Assembly: GCA_964035545.1 (NCBI GenBank)
Contig: OZ037767.1
Location: 2,615,680 to 2,679,679 of the forward strand
From: Bugula neritina
Taxonomy: Eukaryota > Animalia > Bryozoa
Direction: 5' to 3'
Length of the DNA: 64,000 bases
A program made the translations under genes and the position numbers. This document shows positions 1 to 12,846 of the stretch, one piece after another. Below the pieces are notes generated by a model. It was not told where the DNA came from. It did no database searches and worked only from the letters and a program-made list of their open reading frames with translations. The first letter of the stretch is position 1; the number at the start of each line of letters is the position of its first letter.

Positions 1-174
1 CATTGTGCTAAATTTATGAAAAAAAAAAACAATATTGATGGAAGTGCAAGTCTGATATATGACACCTTAAAGCAGTGCCCTGTCAGTGCTCTCAGTGCCC
101 TGTCAAATGTCATAACTCATAACACTCAGCTGACACTTGATGAGTCATACTATAGAGCCATGTTGTACTTACAG

Positions 175-3100
175 ATACCAAACCCTAACCCAGCTGAAGT
201 AGCAGCAGGAAGGACAACTGCTTTTGATACGTGGCTCTATCACATACCCTCTGATGATCCAACAAAACCGAGGTAAAAATTCAGGCTATTAGCTTGGAGT
301 TATCTGCTGTTTATGGAGTCATCATGTTTATCATTGAAGTGTTTGATAGAAGTCGTGTATATGAATACATGATTCTAACAACCTAACAGGAAGTGTGCAA
401 GGGTTGATAACTTTAATTTCAAGAAACATGCGATATTTTGTTTTCTGACAAAATTACAAGACATTATTTTTACTATTTAAAATAACATTTATACATTTTC
501 TACCTTCTGCAGTAACTCATATCTTGTAGAGTATTTGCTGTCGGCAGCGGTAGTGACTACTCCTCCTTCCTGAATGTCCTGGGAATACCGTGTCTGGAAC
601 CCCGATATACCTGGAATTATGTGAGTATTATAAGTATCATATATACTGCACCTTTATTGTAAAGTTCTGTTAATGTGGGCATTTTTAAGTGAAATGATTT
701 CATATTTTAGATTTGATCACATAAATGTTCTCAGTGAAAAATAAATTGCCTCCACTGGGATTCGAACCCGAGACCACCAACTTGCAAGCAAGTGTACTAA
801 CCATTTCACCACAGGGTAGTCACAACACTACATTCAGCAAGTTGAAAAACATCTCTATGTTGAAAAATTATTCTGTGTTGTGCTTGCTCTAGTAAAAATG
901 ATCATCGTGTTTAAAGGTTTTTCTTAAAAGCTAATTTATTTAGAATAAAAACCAATGCTCTCTAAGATAGAATGCATCTAAGCTGAAACAAAGATAATTT
1001 TTAAACTAAAACTTTAAGGTATATTATAAAATGTACTAAATTAAAGTAAGCTAATTAAACTTATATACAAAAATATGTAATTAAGAAAATTATATTTTGT
1101 TTTTAAGTATCAAATTAGATTTGTTAACTAAGAAATTCAATCTTGCTACTGTATCATTTAACTTAGCATTTAACATTGAATAGCAAATAACAATTAGCAT
1201 TTAATGAATTTTTAAACAGTTCACTCATATAAATGTTAACACTTGCAGGATAAGTGGAAGATTTCTTCATATCCAATGTACCACTCGGTATACGAGACAT
1301 TCTTCTTAATGGACAACATCACCGACCCAGGGTTCAAGGTTAGACGTGGCTATAGTGAAATATCAACTTTTATCTATTAGGTTTTTCTAATTATATACTA
1401 TTTCATTTCTACAATAATATGATGTTGATAACATAAATAACTTTAGTACCTGTTGCCATTGTTGTAATAAGAATTAAGTTAAATCTTTTCCAAGAGTTAT
1501 AAATTTTTAACACCTATTCATTCAATTTTAACAAAAGCAAATATATTATTTATAGTATTCGAAAGCTGTCACTCAAGTGTGGGCGGAGCTTGTGAGAGAT
1601 GTGTCTGACGCCATGATTCTACCTCTTGACGCAAAGTCACTAGCCGATTACATTTCAGTAGAGAGTAAAAAGATATTCAGTCAATATGGAGATTTGATGA
1701 GGGCCAATAACTTGACGTCTGATATTGGTAAGTCATCTGCCCCTGTTTTAGTAGTGTAATCCATTGGAAAAAGTTATCACTACAGTTGTGGTAACAATTC
1801 CAATTCCTAGGTTTCTACAGATAATTAGCACCTATTTTTTTTTACCAGCTCAGACACCATTGAATTTATCTTTCATTGCAGGGTGAGCTATATGTAGTGC
1901 AAATGTTGATGGTGTTTGAATATTACTTTTTTTAATATTGTGAGAATTTGAAATGCAAAAATTGAACTCACCACTGCTTATATATATTTTGATATGACCA
2001 ATTGTTTTACTTTGAAAGTAAGTTTAAACCTATAAATGTATTGTGAGAGCTTTTAATTTTAAATAAAATGAGTTGTGAGCTCATGATTGGATATTAAAGA
2101 AGCTGTAACTATGGTGATGGGCTCAGTGTACCTTCACCGTGACCTTATGATTTCAAAATTTCTAGATTGCCTTCAAATTATTGTATACTTTATATTCATG
2201 ATACATTAATTCAATTGCAATATTCGATGCCAATACTTCTTTCTGTAAAGCTTATCTTGACGTCACATACCGACTTGCTTTAAGCTTATACGATTTTATT
2301 GTCGAGTGATTAAAGGATGTTGTCATTCTGTATCTACACTCCTAGCACTCCTTATTCCAAGCAATTTGCCAATCTGTTATATTTGCAGAGTACTTCAATG
2401 AGGCGGTGGCGCAACTCCAAAAAGACGTGGATGATTTCGTAGCCAGCACTTCACAGATTAACAAAGACAAGTAAGATTTCTTTTGCAAACAGACTCTGTA
2501 AATGACATTCATACTGTCTGTCCTACTTACTTCTACTCTGCCCCACCTACCTCCGCTCTGTCCCACCTACCTCCACTCTCTCTCACCTACCTCCACTTTA
2601 TCTCACCCACCTCTACTCTCTCTCTCACCTACCTCCACCCTGCCCCACCTACCTCCACTCTATGCCAGCTGTGTGAGTAGTAGATAATTTATATTACACA
2701 ATATTGAATCAGCATGAGTGAGAATCATTATATAGAGTCATAATTTATGGTGCTGAGTAGCAAATTGATAGCAAAAAGCAGCGTGTAAATATTCACATGA
2801 TGTACTTACATGATGTTTTTACACTGTGTATTTAAATAATGTACTTACATTGTATATCTACACTATGTATTTCTATTGTATATTTACACTGTGTGCTTAC
2901 AGTCCCTACGCTGTGAGAGAAGTTAATGACAAGCTAATGAACTTACACCGAAACTTTTTGGATCCACAAGGCCTACCTGGGAGACCTATTTACAAGTAAG
3001 TGGAATTGTGTTACGCTGAAGCGATGGTGTTTTTAGTTATAATACTGCAATAGAGTGGAAATTACAATAAAACCTGTTTGCAAAAGTGTTATTTGAACCT

Positions 3101-3567
3101 TTTCTACCTGAAATAATATATATATTATTTTGAATGTTAAGAGAGAGACATACACAAAATAATTATTATAATCATAAATTTTTAAGTAAATTTAACTCCA
3201 TACCTATAATATGTTATTTATATTATACATTATTATATTTAGCATTAATCATGCCCCTACAGCTATAAAATTGAAAAATAGCACAAAATCAAAGTGTTTT
3301 CAATTTTGCAAAATTATCAAGCAAATTTAGCAATCTAACTACTTATTTTTGTAACTTTATAGAAATATATTATCATCACCGAGTCAGTTTAATTCGTATG
3401 CCGGGGCAGTATTTCCTGGTATCACAGACTCTCTGCACCGAATAGAGATAAACACAGACCCAGATAAATGGAAGAAGGTGCAGAAGAACATGTCAATAGC
3501 CACATACCTGATAGGGTCTGCTGCGTCTTCCCTGAGGAAATCTACTCACTTCACCAGAGCTGAATAA
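175..3567 (+). CDS. Glutamate carboxypeptidase II / NAALADase (peptidase M28B), copy 1; last 7 exons only, 5' part outside the window
   Basis: Spliced exons (~175-272, 530-620, 1249-1338, 1556-1728, 2388-2471, 2903-2996, 3363-3567) translate to [45 protein letters not shown] and [13 protein letters not shown], matching the GCPII C-terminal/TfR-dimer region. GT-AG introns; TAA at 3565-3567. Confidence 0.9.
747..820 (-). mobile_element. tRNA-derived SINE head or tRNA pseudogene in an intron
   Basis: Minus strand reads CCCTGTGGTGAAATGGTTAG...GGTTCGAATCCCAGTGGAGGCA, with Pol III A and B boxes but a poorly paired acceptor stem. Confidence 0.6.
2520..2660. repeat. Degenerate C/T-rich minisatellite (CCCACCTACCTCCACTCT-like)
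   Basis: Repeated cacctacctccac units in an intron. Confidence 0.8.
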
Positions 3568-4330
3568 TATACTGTGTATAGCAACCCGGTCAACAAGTTA
3601 TAGCAATGTTATGATCATCATTTAATGTTTATTATTAGTAATATCGATTTTATTTTCAATATGAGAGAAATAATAAAAACAGTCTAAAAATCACTCTTTG
3701 AAACTTGCTAAGCCAGTGTTTCAACAACCATCTTTTTTTAAAAAAAACCCTTGTACCTTACAGTGTAGTTGAAAGTTATATACTATGATGAAATATAACA
3801 TATTATAATATAATATATTATAATATAATCTCAGTCATCTAGCAACTATTCCGATGCACTATGATGCACTATGCATAGTTCCAATCCTATGGCACATTGC
3901 ACACTAAATATTGCTATGGATAACATTTGATAAACCTGGCTGGTATTAAAAGCAACATGATGTTATCAGCTATCTAAGACTGTGCCTTTTGCGATTTGGA
4001 AAAGCAAGCCTATGTGCATAGGTTAGACATCAGGGCATCCCCTATTTTGTCTAGGGAATCACCACCTCGGGTTTACCAAAATATCAAAGCGCGCGCTGTG
4101 TGTCACGTTGGTGGAATTGTCCCATTAATGCAACACGGTAATAAATGTTTTTGTTGAAAGCTGTCAATCATTCTGATACAGCAAGAACTATAGCATAACA
4201 CTCACACTGAGACTACTGTATGCTAGTAGCCAACTATTACTAGCTGTTTATATAGTTACACATAACGTGTGCTTAGCTGCAGCTATATCTTCTATCAAAA
4301 CTGGTTTGGTCATTAAAATTTACCGAGATC

Positions 4331-7300
4331 ATGAGGAGCCGAGTTTTCACTGACTCAAAGTCAAATACGAAACTCACAATATTGGCTCTAGTAATACTGC
4401 TGTGTGGCATATCCATTGCACTGATCACAGGTAAAGTAGGTTTCAGTTTATACTTTTACTTTGAGTTGGTATAATCATTTAATATACTCATAGTCATACT
4501 ACAACTACATCTGATATCAAGCATTGTGATACTGATAGTCATTGTGATTGTAAGTCTGTTTTGCAACTCGTGTGTTCCAGACATGCCCCTCTGTATCTGT
4601 TACTTTCTCAGGTATTCGTAATGTCATTCTACCTTTGAGTGTGTCTTTTGCAGTCATATCTTTGAGTTTTAGGTGCTTTTGGCATAACATTTTCTTATGG
4701 TACTAGTGTGGTGCTGCCAGGAGTGACAGCTAAGATAATAAGTGATGCTGACCCAAGGATATCTAAACTGTTACTCAATGAAATCAGTGCAGAAAACATC
4801 AGACAGAACCTCAAGTAAGTTTACTAGTTATTGTACCTTTTAGTTCAATATTTGTATTTAACCATTCATGAGAGAGAATTTGTTGAAGGTTTTGTAGTCA
4901 ATCAAAGGGTTGCTATGAATATCATAAATGTGTACATGTAAAATCAAATCTAAAGTTGAACTCTGTCACTAGCTATAACGAGGGTAGCAGTAGTAGTAGT
5001 AGTGGTAGTAGTAGTGGTGGTGGCGGCGGCGGTGGCGGTAGTGGTAGTAGCGGTAGTATAGTAGTAGTAGTAGTAGCAGTAGTAGTAGCAGTAGCAGTAC
5101 TAGTAGTAGTAGTAGTAGTAGTAGCAGCAGTAGCAGCGGCAGTAGCAGCAGCAGCAGTAGTAGCAGTAATAGTAGTAGCGGCAGTAGCAGCAGCAGTAGC
5201 AGTAGTAGTAGTATTATCCAAAACAACCATATCTAATTAGCATCACCTCATGAAAACTTAAAAATCAGGTTTCAACATCAAAACTCAGTGAGTATCATCA
5301 GTTAAAATTTACAAACCCTGTGTTTTACTTGTTTCACTTAACCTTTTTGAACTGATAGATATTGACTCACTTAAAATGTCTCTCATTTTGTCTATCCTCA
5401 ACACTGCAGGTCAACTTCTCATCAGTTTATCCCAAAGATGTGTGTATGACACCTACTGACACAATGTATGTGACAATTTATGGTGGCTATACCCCTAGCA
5501 TTTTTCTATTTTTAAAATCTACCCCTTTTCCTTCCACAGTATTAAGTATATAATAAACTAATAACCCTGATTTCTAAACCATCAGCTGTTGTATTCTGTG
5601 TGCATGCAGGGACTACGCCTCTCACCCCCACTTAGCCGGAACTCCAGCAGACCTGCAGCAGGCAGAACAGTTGAAACAGACGTGGTTAGAGCAAGGTTTA
5701 GATAGAGTTGATATTTTGGGATATGATGTTCTCTTGTCATATCCTAAAGATGGAGATCCTAATATTATATCTCTAGTTAAGGGTGAGTGTTCATCTCCCC
5801 TCCTCCATGTTGCTATATTCTTTACAATCAGTGCAATGCTACTAAAGAGTAAACAATAATTAATATCTTAATAGAAGTTGTCTTTCCTTCAAGGGTAGTA
5901 TTCAGTTTCCCTGATAATTGACTAGCAATAGCTGTTCCATTTTTATTGTTTGTTGTAACAAGTATGCTTCTGTTTTTTTATTAATTGCAAATTTTTATGA
6001 AAACAACGTAAATGTTGCGCAAGAGATTTCTATTTCGTGACCTCATAACTCATTAACAATCAGGAGACGGAAAGTCAATTCATAAAAATAATTTCTTACA
6101 TGACTCACATGCTGATGCTAGTTTCCTTGGGAGTTATCCCGAATATGTTTTTATAATTTGTATTCTTTAATAATAGAGCCTGAAGTTTCTTCTACAATGA
6201 CTTCAGAATATTCTAGAATAAATTGAATCTTCTGTTCTAATCAGAGATTCAAGTTTCCTGATATCATCTAAACTACTCACAAATTAAGGACAACAGTCTA
6301 TAAAATTGTTGTGAATATTTCACTGCACTACTGGAAAATATATGAATATAAGCAAATGACAGCATAATACTTCAAAAATTTACAATCATATTTTAAAATA
6401 CTTGCTTTTAAAGCAGTAATCATCATTGTGTACAAATGTATAGAACTTATATAATTATATAGAAAACATATATTTAAGTATTGTGGTACTGGTAGAACTT
6501 GTATTATATAGCGTTAGATATATGAATATTATGATGTTGGTAGATGGTGTAACAGTATTTGAATCACAAAAAAGGGAGAAAACTCTTAGACCTGAAGATG
6601 AGTTTCCAGACCACAAAATTGTACCTCCTTTTAACGCCTATTCTCCTCCAGGCGACGTAATGTCGTCTAAAATGATCTACGTCAACTATGGCAGAGAGGA
6701 GGATTTTCATTGGCTAAAAACAGAGCAAAACATTGACTTTGAAGGTTCAGTTGTAATTGCAAGATATGGAAAGATATTTAGAGCGGATAAGGTAAGGGAA
6801 TAATAATATGGAAATGCTGACGTATATACTAATACTGTATCAGCACACATTATGCTGTATGCATGTATATATGTGCGTGCGAACATTCGAACGTGCGTGG
6901 GTGTGTCTTGAAAGGCCAGATTCACTTCTGCGGATTTAACAAGAAAATACAGCTAGTAAAGTTTTTTAATCAATTTCAGTGTTCACCCTGTGCATGTGAC
7001 TCATTGTAATTACAGGTAACACTGACTAATTATAATTACAGGTAACACTGGCTGCTAAGTATGGTGCTAAGGCAGCAATTCTATACTCTGATCCCTACGA
7101 CAGCAGCTCACCGACAGACAACTCCTCGTATCCTGACTCCTGGTGGCTGCCCAGTACCGGAGTGCAGAGGGGGACAGTGAAAGGGGTGGATGGAGATCCT
7201 ACAACCCCCATGTACCCCTCACTAGGTACATTATATATCTCAACAGTTCTCTCTGTAAGATAGCAACACCACTGTCGCTTGTGACAGTGGCATCTATTGG

Positions 7301-10300
7301 CTATTTTACACATCGTCTGCAAGAAGAAAAACTAATGTTTGTTTTGAAGAGTATTTGCATTATATACTGTAAAATTCAGACTAATTTTCTTAAGCAGCAG
7401 TTTACATAATCAGGGTGGCAGCTCATCACCACCACACTTCTGCACAGATTTATCATTATAATATTTTTTGCGAATGTATTTTAGACAGCGCATTTAGAGT
7501 CCTGCCTGAAGAAAGTGCCTATTTACCCAAAATTCCAGTTCATCCAATCAGCTATGGGGACGCTGCTAATTTCCTTCAGTACGTCCCACTACTGCATGTC
7601 ACTTTGACTTCACTCTATACCCAATCAGCACACAGCATCATTTCTTTTAGCAGCTATAAATGAATTATAAGTGTTGGTCATTTAATTTGCTAGATCAATC
7701 TACATTTGAGTGACTCAGAATAATAAGTTGAATGCTGAATATAGTTCATTGAATTCTGGTATTGGCGCAGACGTCTTGGTGGAGAGGAAGTACCAGAATC
7801 ATGGAGGGGTTCTATTCCTGGAGTTACGTACAGATTTGGGGGAGAGTTTCCAGAGAGTGATCTCAAGGTTAAAGTTCACATCACAACTCATAATGTGAGA
7901 AGGAAAACCTACAACGTGATTGGATACATTGATGGAGCTGTAGAACCAGGTGGGACACATGACTTAGTTTCTGTGTGAATGACCAGTTAAATTATAGAAT
8001 ATCTGGTAATGTAGGTGCTTTGTGCTGATGACTAGTTTATAAACCCAATGTTCATATTATTTAATTTTGATAATAATTTGTTTTCATTTTCTAATAAAAC
8101 CGTTTAGATGATCAAATTTTTTGTAACTATGAAACAATTTTCATAAACTATTATTGTTAGGATATTTCACATCTTGAAATTATTAAATAATAATACTTTT
8201 ATTAGATAGGTATGTGATGAGTGGTAACCATAGAGACGCGTGGGTGTACGGCTCTGTGGATCCAACCAGTGGCACGGCAGCTATGGTTGAGGTAACGCGC
8301 GCTCTTACCAGCGTGATGAAATCTACAGGATGGAGACCACGTAGGACCATAGCCTTCTGTAGTTGGGGTGCCGAGGAGCACGGGCTAGTTGGCTCCACTG
8401 AGTTTGCAGAGGTAAGACAACTCTAGTTAGTAATGAGTTTCTGCTAATCTTGTGCAATATGTAACCTCAACATAAAGGAAGATACAGAAAAAGATTTTCT
8501 TTGTTTTCTGAAATTAGTTCCACAAATTCAAATGAATATTAAGAACATTTTGTAACTTTCAAGTAATTTTATTTATGATTTTTATCAGTGTTTTTTTAGC
8601 AAAGAGCTTTTTAAAATATCTTTTAATTTTCAATCAATTATGTTCCCATTAAAAAAGTTATTATCACACATTTTTATTGAATTTCATATCCAAAGCTTCT
8701 TCTTATGTTGATAGTTCAGCTAAACTATATAATATACTTGGAGTAACTTTAATTTTCTTTCTGTTCTTTTCAGCATTTTTCTAAGATTTTGGGACAGAGA
8801 GCTGTAGCCTACCTCAATCTGGACATGCTCCTCGAAGGAACTGATTTCCTTAGATTCAAAGTCACTCCTATGCTTTACCCTGCAGTTATCAGTGCATCTA
8901 AAAAGGTATAACCAACAGTTCAGATCTGTTTAGTAACCATGTACCTAATACTAACAAAATACGAAGTTATTCATTTTTATTAATAATAATTTTTTGCTGT
9001 TTTCGGAAAAATGGCATTTTAAGGCATGTAAAAAACAAATAAATTAGGTAAGTTTTGATGGGTTTCAATATTATTTTAGTCTTTTTAGTTTGTGTTAGAG
9101 CAATACAATACCTAGCTATGCTTTTATAATTGCTCTTAGCTATTTTTGTAAATGGTAAGATAGCTATATTATAAAGCATGCCTATAAGCAAGACAACTTT
9201 TCATTTAGTGCAGTTCTTCAAACTATCTTGGAATAATGCAATAGTTTATTAAGTTTTTTGCAGGCATTTGTAACCCTTACTTTAATCACAAATAGTTCAT
9301 TACTTTTCACTATTGTGTCAGTAGGTGAGCAACCCTGACAGTGGTGAAGTTGATGCCGGAAGACACACAACTTACGACACATGGCTGCATCTGTTTCCCT
9401 CAGCAGAAAACTCTAGTTTACCCAAGTGAGCAGTAAATCATATTTGTATATTAGTTATTATATTATACAATATAATATACATTAAGCAAATGATATATAA
9501 TATATATGGAATATACAGTACGAAAATAGTTTAATAATGGTTAGCAAACACTATTTTAATCCGGTTTGCCATCTTGGGACAGCAAAGTCTGACTTGATAA
9601 TTCATGTATTATCCTGTAACAGCAGGGAAGCTAAATTAGCCTCAGTTCTTTGGTTTGAATTTATAAGAGTTGGAGTTTACACAGCAACATAGCTTCTTTT
9701 GAGAAAGTTTTTGTTCAGAACTTAGGCTTTTTTGATATTTTCCCAATTCTGCACTTGTTTCTAAGTCATGCGGTATGAATAAGTCATTATGATTAGAACA
9801 CAGGCTTTATAGTTGCTATGGTTAGAACACAGGCTTTATAGTTGCTATGGTTAGAACACAGGTTTATACTCTGCAGAATGATGCCGGTTGGCAGTGGTAG
9901 TGACTACTCCTCCTTCCTGAACGTCCTGGGAATACCGTGTCTGGAGCCTCGATACACCTGGGACAGGGTAAATACTAACTGGTATCTTTTATCTCTTGAC
10001 AACCTATCATGTTGATAATATTACGAACCACTTTACTATACTCTAAGCTCATGCAACATTCTTACAATGCAATTTGGAAAATCTGTACTATACTCTAGAG
10101 TCTAGAATATTCCATGCTAACATCTTTAGTGAAAATATGTTTTAGAACAAATGGAAAATCTCTGCCTACCCACTCTATCACTCGGCATACGAAACTCTCT
10201 ATCTCATGGAGAATATTATTGACCCAGAGTTCAAGGTCAGGCTATGATAAGTACGCATTTTGTTTCCATGTGAAAAACTAATCAAACTTTATTTCAGTGT

Positions 10301-11639
10301 GTTGGAAAGAGAACATGAGTATTTGTATAACTGTTAACTTTTTCTTTTTATAATAAACAGTTTATTCTTTTATACTTAACTGAGTTCTCATTTTCAAGTC
10401 AGTTTGCGAAACTCACTAGAAGAATGACTTTAAAGGCAAATCATCAAATACTTTTATTTTATGACAGTTAACGTATATTATTTTTATACTTTGCCAGTAT
10501 TCGAAAGCTGTCACTCAAGTGTGGGCAGAGCTTGTGAGAGATGTTTCTGACGCTATGATTCTACCTCTTGACGCAAAGTCACTATCCGATTACATTTCGG
10601 TAGAGAGTAAAAAGATATTCAGCAAATATGGAGATTTGATGAGAGCCAATAACTTGACGTCTGATATTGGTGAGTCATCTGCCCCTGTTTTAGTACAATA
10701 ACTTCTAATTGATATGTTCAAACATTATAGGCATGTATTAAAGAGATTTGGAAGTTGTCTACCCAACAAGTTCTAAGCCTACACTGTTATCAGTTAAAAA
10801 ATTAAAAATATCTAAGAAAGGCATTATAATATGTTTAAACTTCAACATGAAAAAGCTTTTTTAGCTTTATATCATAAATTATTACTAGTTGAGGAATTAA
10901 TTTTAGATTCTGGTTTAACTTTTTTATTGACAGTTTGATTAGTGGTTCAAAAGTTTGCAGTTCTTTATTTTGTTTAGAATATTTTAAAGAAGCAATCGAC
11001 TCATTACAGAGAGAAGCTACTGGGTTCATGAGCAGTTTACAGGGTATAGATAAAATGAAGTAAGCTGTGTTGTAATTTCTTGAAGTATCCATCCTAATTA
11101 AATATATTATTATAATGTATTATATAATTTGATCACTTTTCATATTAAATAAGGAGTCTCATACTTTTCTTGTAGTCCGTATGCAGTAAGAGAAGTTAAT
11201 GATAAGTTAATGAACCTTCACAGATGTCTTGTGGACCCACAAGGTCTTCCTGGCCGAGAGTTTTTCAAGTTAGTTTTAAACACTTTTTATACAATTTAAA
11301 TTCAGCTCAAATATATTGCTTTCTGTGCTTAAAACTGTTATTTTCTTTTTAAGATGAAGTCATAAGCTCTAAAAGTTGATTGCTTTTATTATTAAAAAAG
11401 TGGAATGGCTTGTTTTCTTTTTTTTTAGAAATATATTATCATCACCGAGTCAGTTTAATTCGTATGCCGGGGCAGTATTTCCTGGTATCACAGACTCTCT
11501 GCACCGAATAGAGATAAACACAGACCCAGATAAATGGAAGAAGGTGCAGAAGAACATGTCAATAGCCACATACCTGATAGGATCTGCTGCGTCTTCCCTG
11601 AGGAAATCTACTCACTTTACCAGAACTGGTAGTGACTGA
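4331..11639 (+). CDS. Glutamate carboxypeptidase II / NAALADase (FOLH1/NAALAD2-like), copy 2; complete type II membrane protein
   Basis: ATG 4331 followed by an N-terminal TM segment ([19 protein letters not shown]); PA domain ([25 protein letters not shown]); metal/catalytic motifs GNHRDAW and [15 protein letters not shown]; GSGSDY; YHSAYET; last exon ends TGSD* at 11639. Confidence 0.93.
4985..5213. repeat. Compound trinucleotide microsatellite (AGT/AGC/GGT/GGC)n
   Basis: Visible directly in an intron of NAALADase copy 2. Confidence 0.95.
9791..9870. repeat. 29-bp tandem repeat (~3 copies) just before a splice acceptor
   Basis: gttagaacacaggctttatagttgctatg repeated. Confidence 0.85.
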
Positions 11640-12846
11640 TTGCAATGGTGATTAACCTATACAGTATACACTAACCAGTAACCTCATCATAAAATTATTC
11701 AGAAAGTATTTTCTAGTAGTGAGGGTTAACCCCTCACCCTCCCCCCCCCCCACCTTATATAGTCTCTGCTCAATGAACAGTGGGCCCTGGTCTATTATAT
11801 TGTCCAATCATGAAATGGTGTTGAAGGAAAGCTGATAAGTTGACTAGAAGTTACACTGTATATAATAGTTCTAGAACTTCTGCCTAATGCTGTTACATAA
11901 GACATAGTATCTAGGACTGAAATACATTATTGTTACTATTATTATTGCACATAATGTAATTATTATAATGATATTCATGCTGGTATCCATTCAGTATCGC
12001 TGGATGTGAATGGCCACCACCTTCCTAGTGATGTTCACCAATCCATAGATTGAGTTTTATCAAGTTTTTTTTCTAATTAATATAGAAAAATGCCAGCTAG
12101 TCTCCCAGGTATGAGATAACTCAAGGATCACTCAACAACAATCTATTGTTATGTGATTGAGTTAAAATACTATACAGTATAAGTTTATTATGATAAGAAT
12201 CCTCTACAATAACTAGAGCTTGAATGCTTCATTTGTTGGCAGTGAAATTTTTATTTATCAGTAACTAAAAAGCTGGCATATGAACCATACACAGCACACA
12301 AAACCTCCCAGGCTGGTAAACTTAGTACTACACCTTATGAAAAGTTGATAAGAATATAAAACAAAATTGGGTAAATTTATAAGAGAAGATCACAACGTGT
12401 AGAAACAAACAATTGTCAACAATGCAACAGTGTTTTCCGAAATTGCCACCCCATATCACAATGGTTTACTTCACACCTTCAACGGCCTGAACACACATGT
12501 AGTTGTGTATTCCACACCTTATTAAATTAATATCCTAAAAAATCCAAGCACAGTTCGATTAAACTTAAAAAGAAAAATAATTCTCTGATAAACAATCATT
12601 CTTTATAATATCTACAAAGTTATACAAAATACTAGAAAAGTTTTCCCCATCATGACAAGCTACATTTCAAAACAGAAATCTTACGAATCCATCATGTGTG
12701 TCGATAACCTTGTTAATTGCTTCTATTTCGTTATTGTACTTGACTATACTATGTCCAAACATCAAGCATTTGAGTACCAGAATATTCCTAGCAACTATCT
12801 AACTAACTAGTAGTGTGCTAAATAAAGTATGAGCTGTAGGTTCAAC

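Noticed and set aside
747-820. Functional tRNA gene
   Set aside because: A and B boxes are present but the stems are poorly paired; treated as a SINE or pseudogene.
4956-5240. Poly-V/L/T/S/G ORFs on both strands
   Set aside because: Translation artefacts of an intronic trinucleotide microsatellite.
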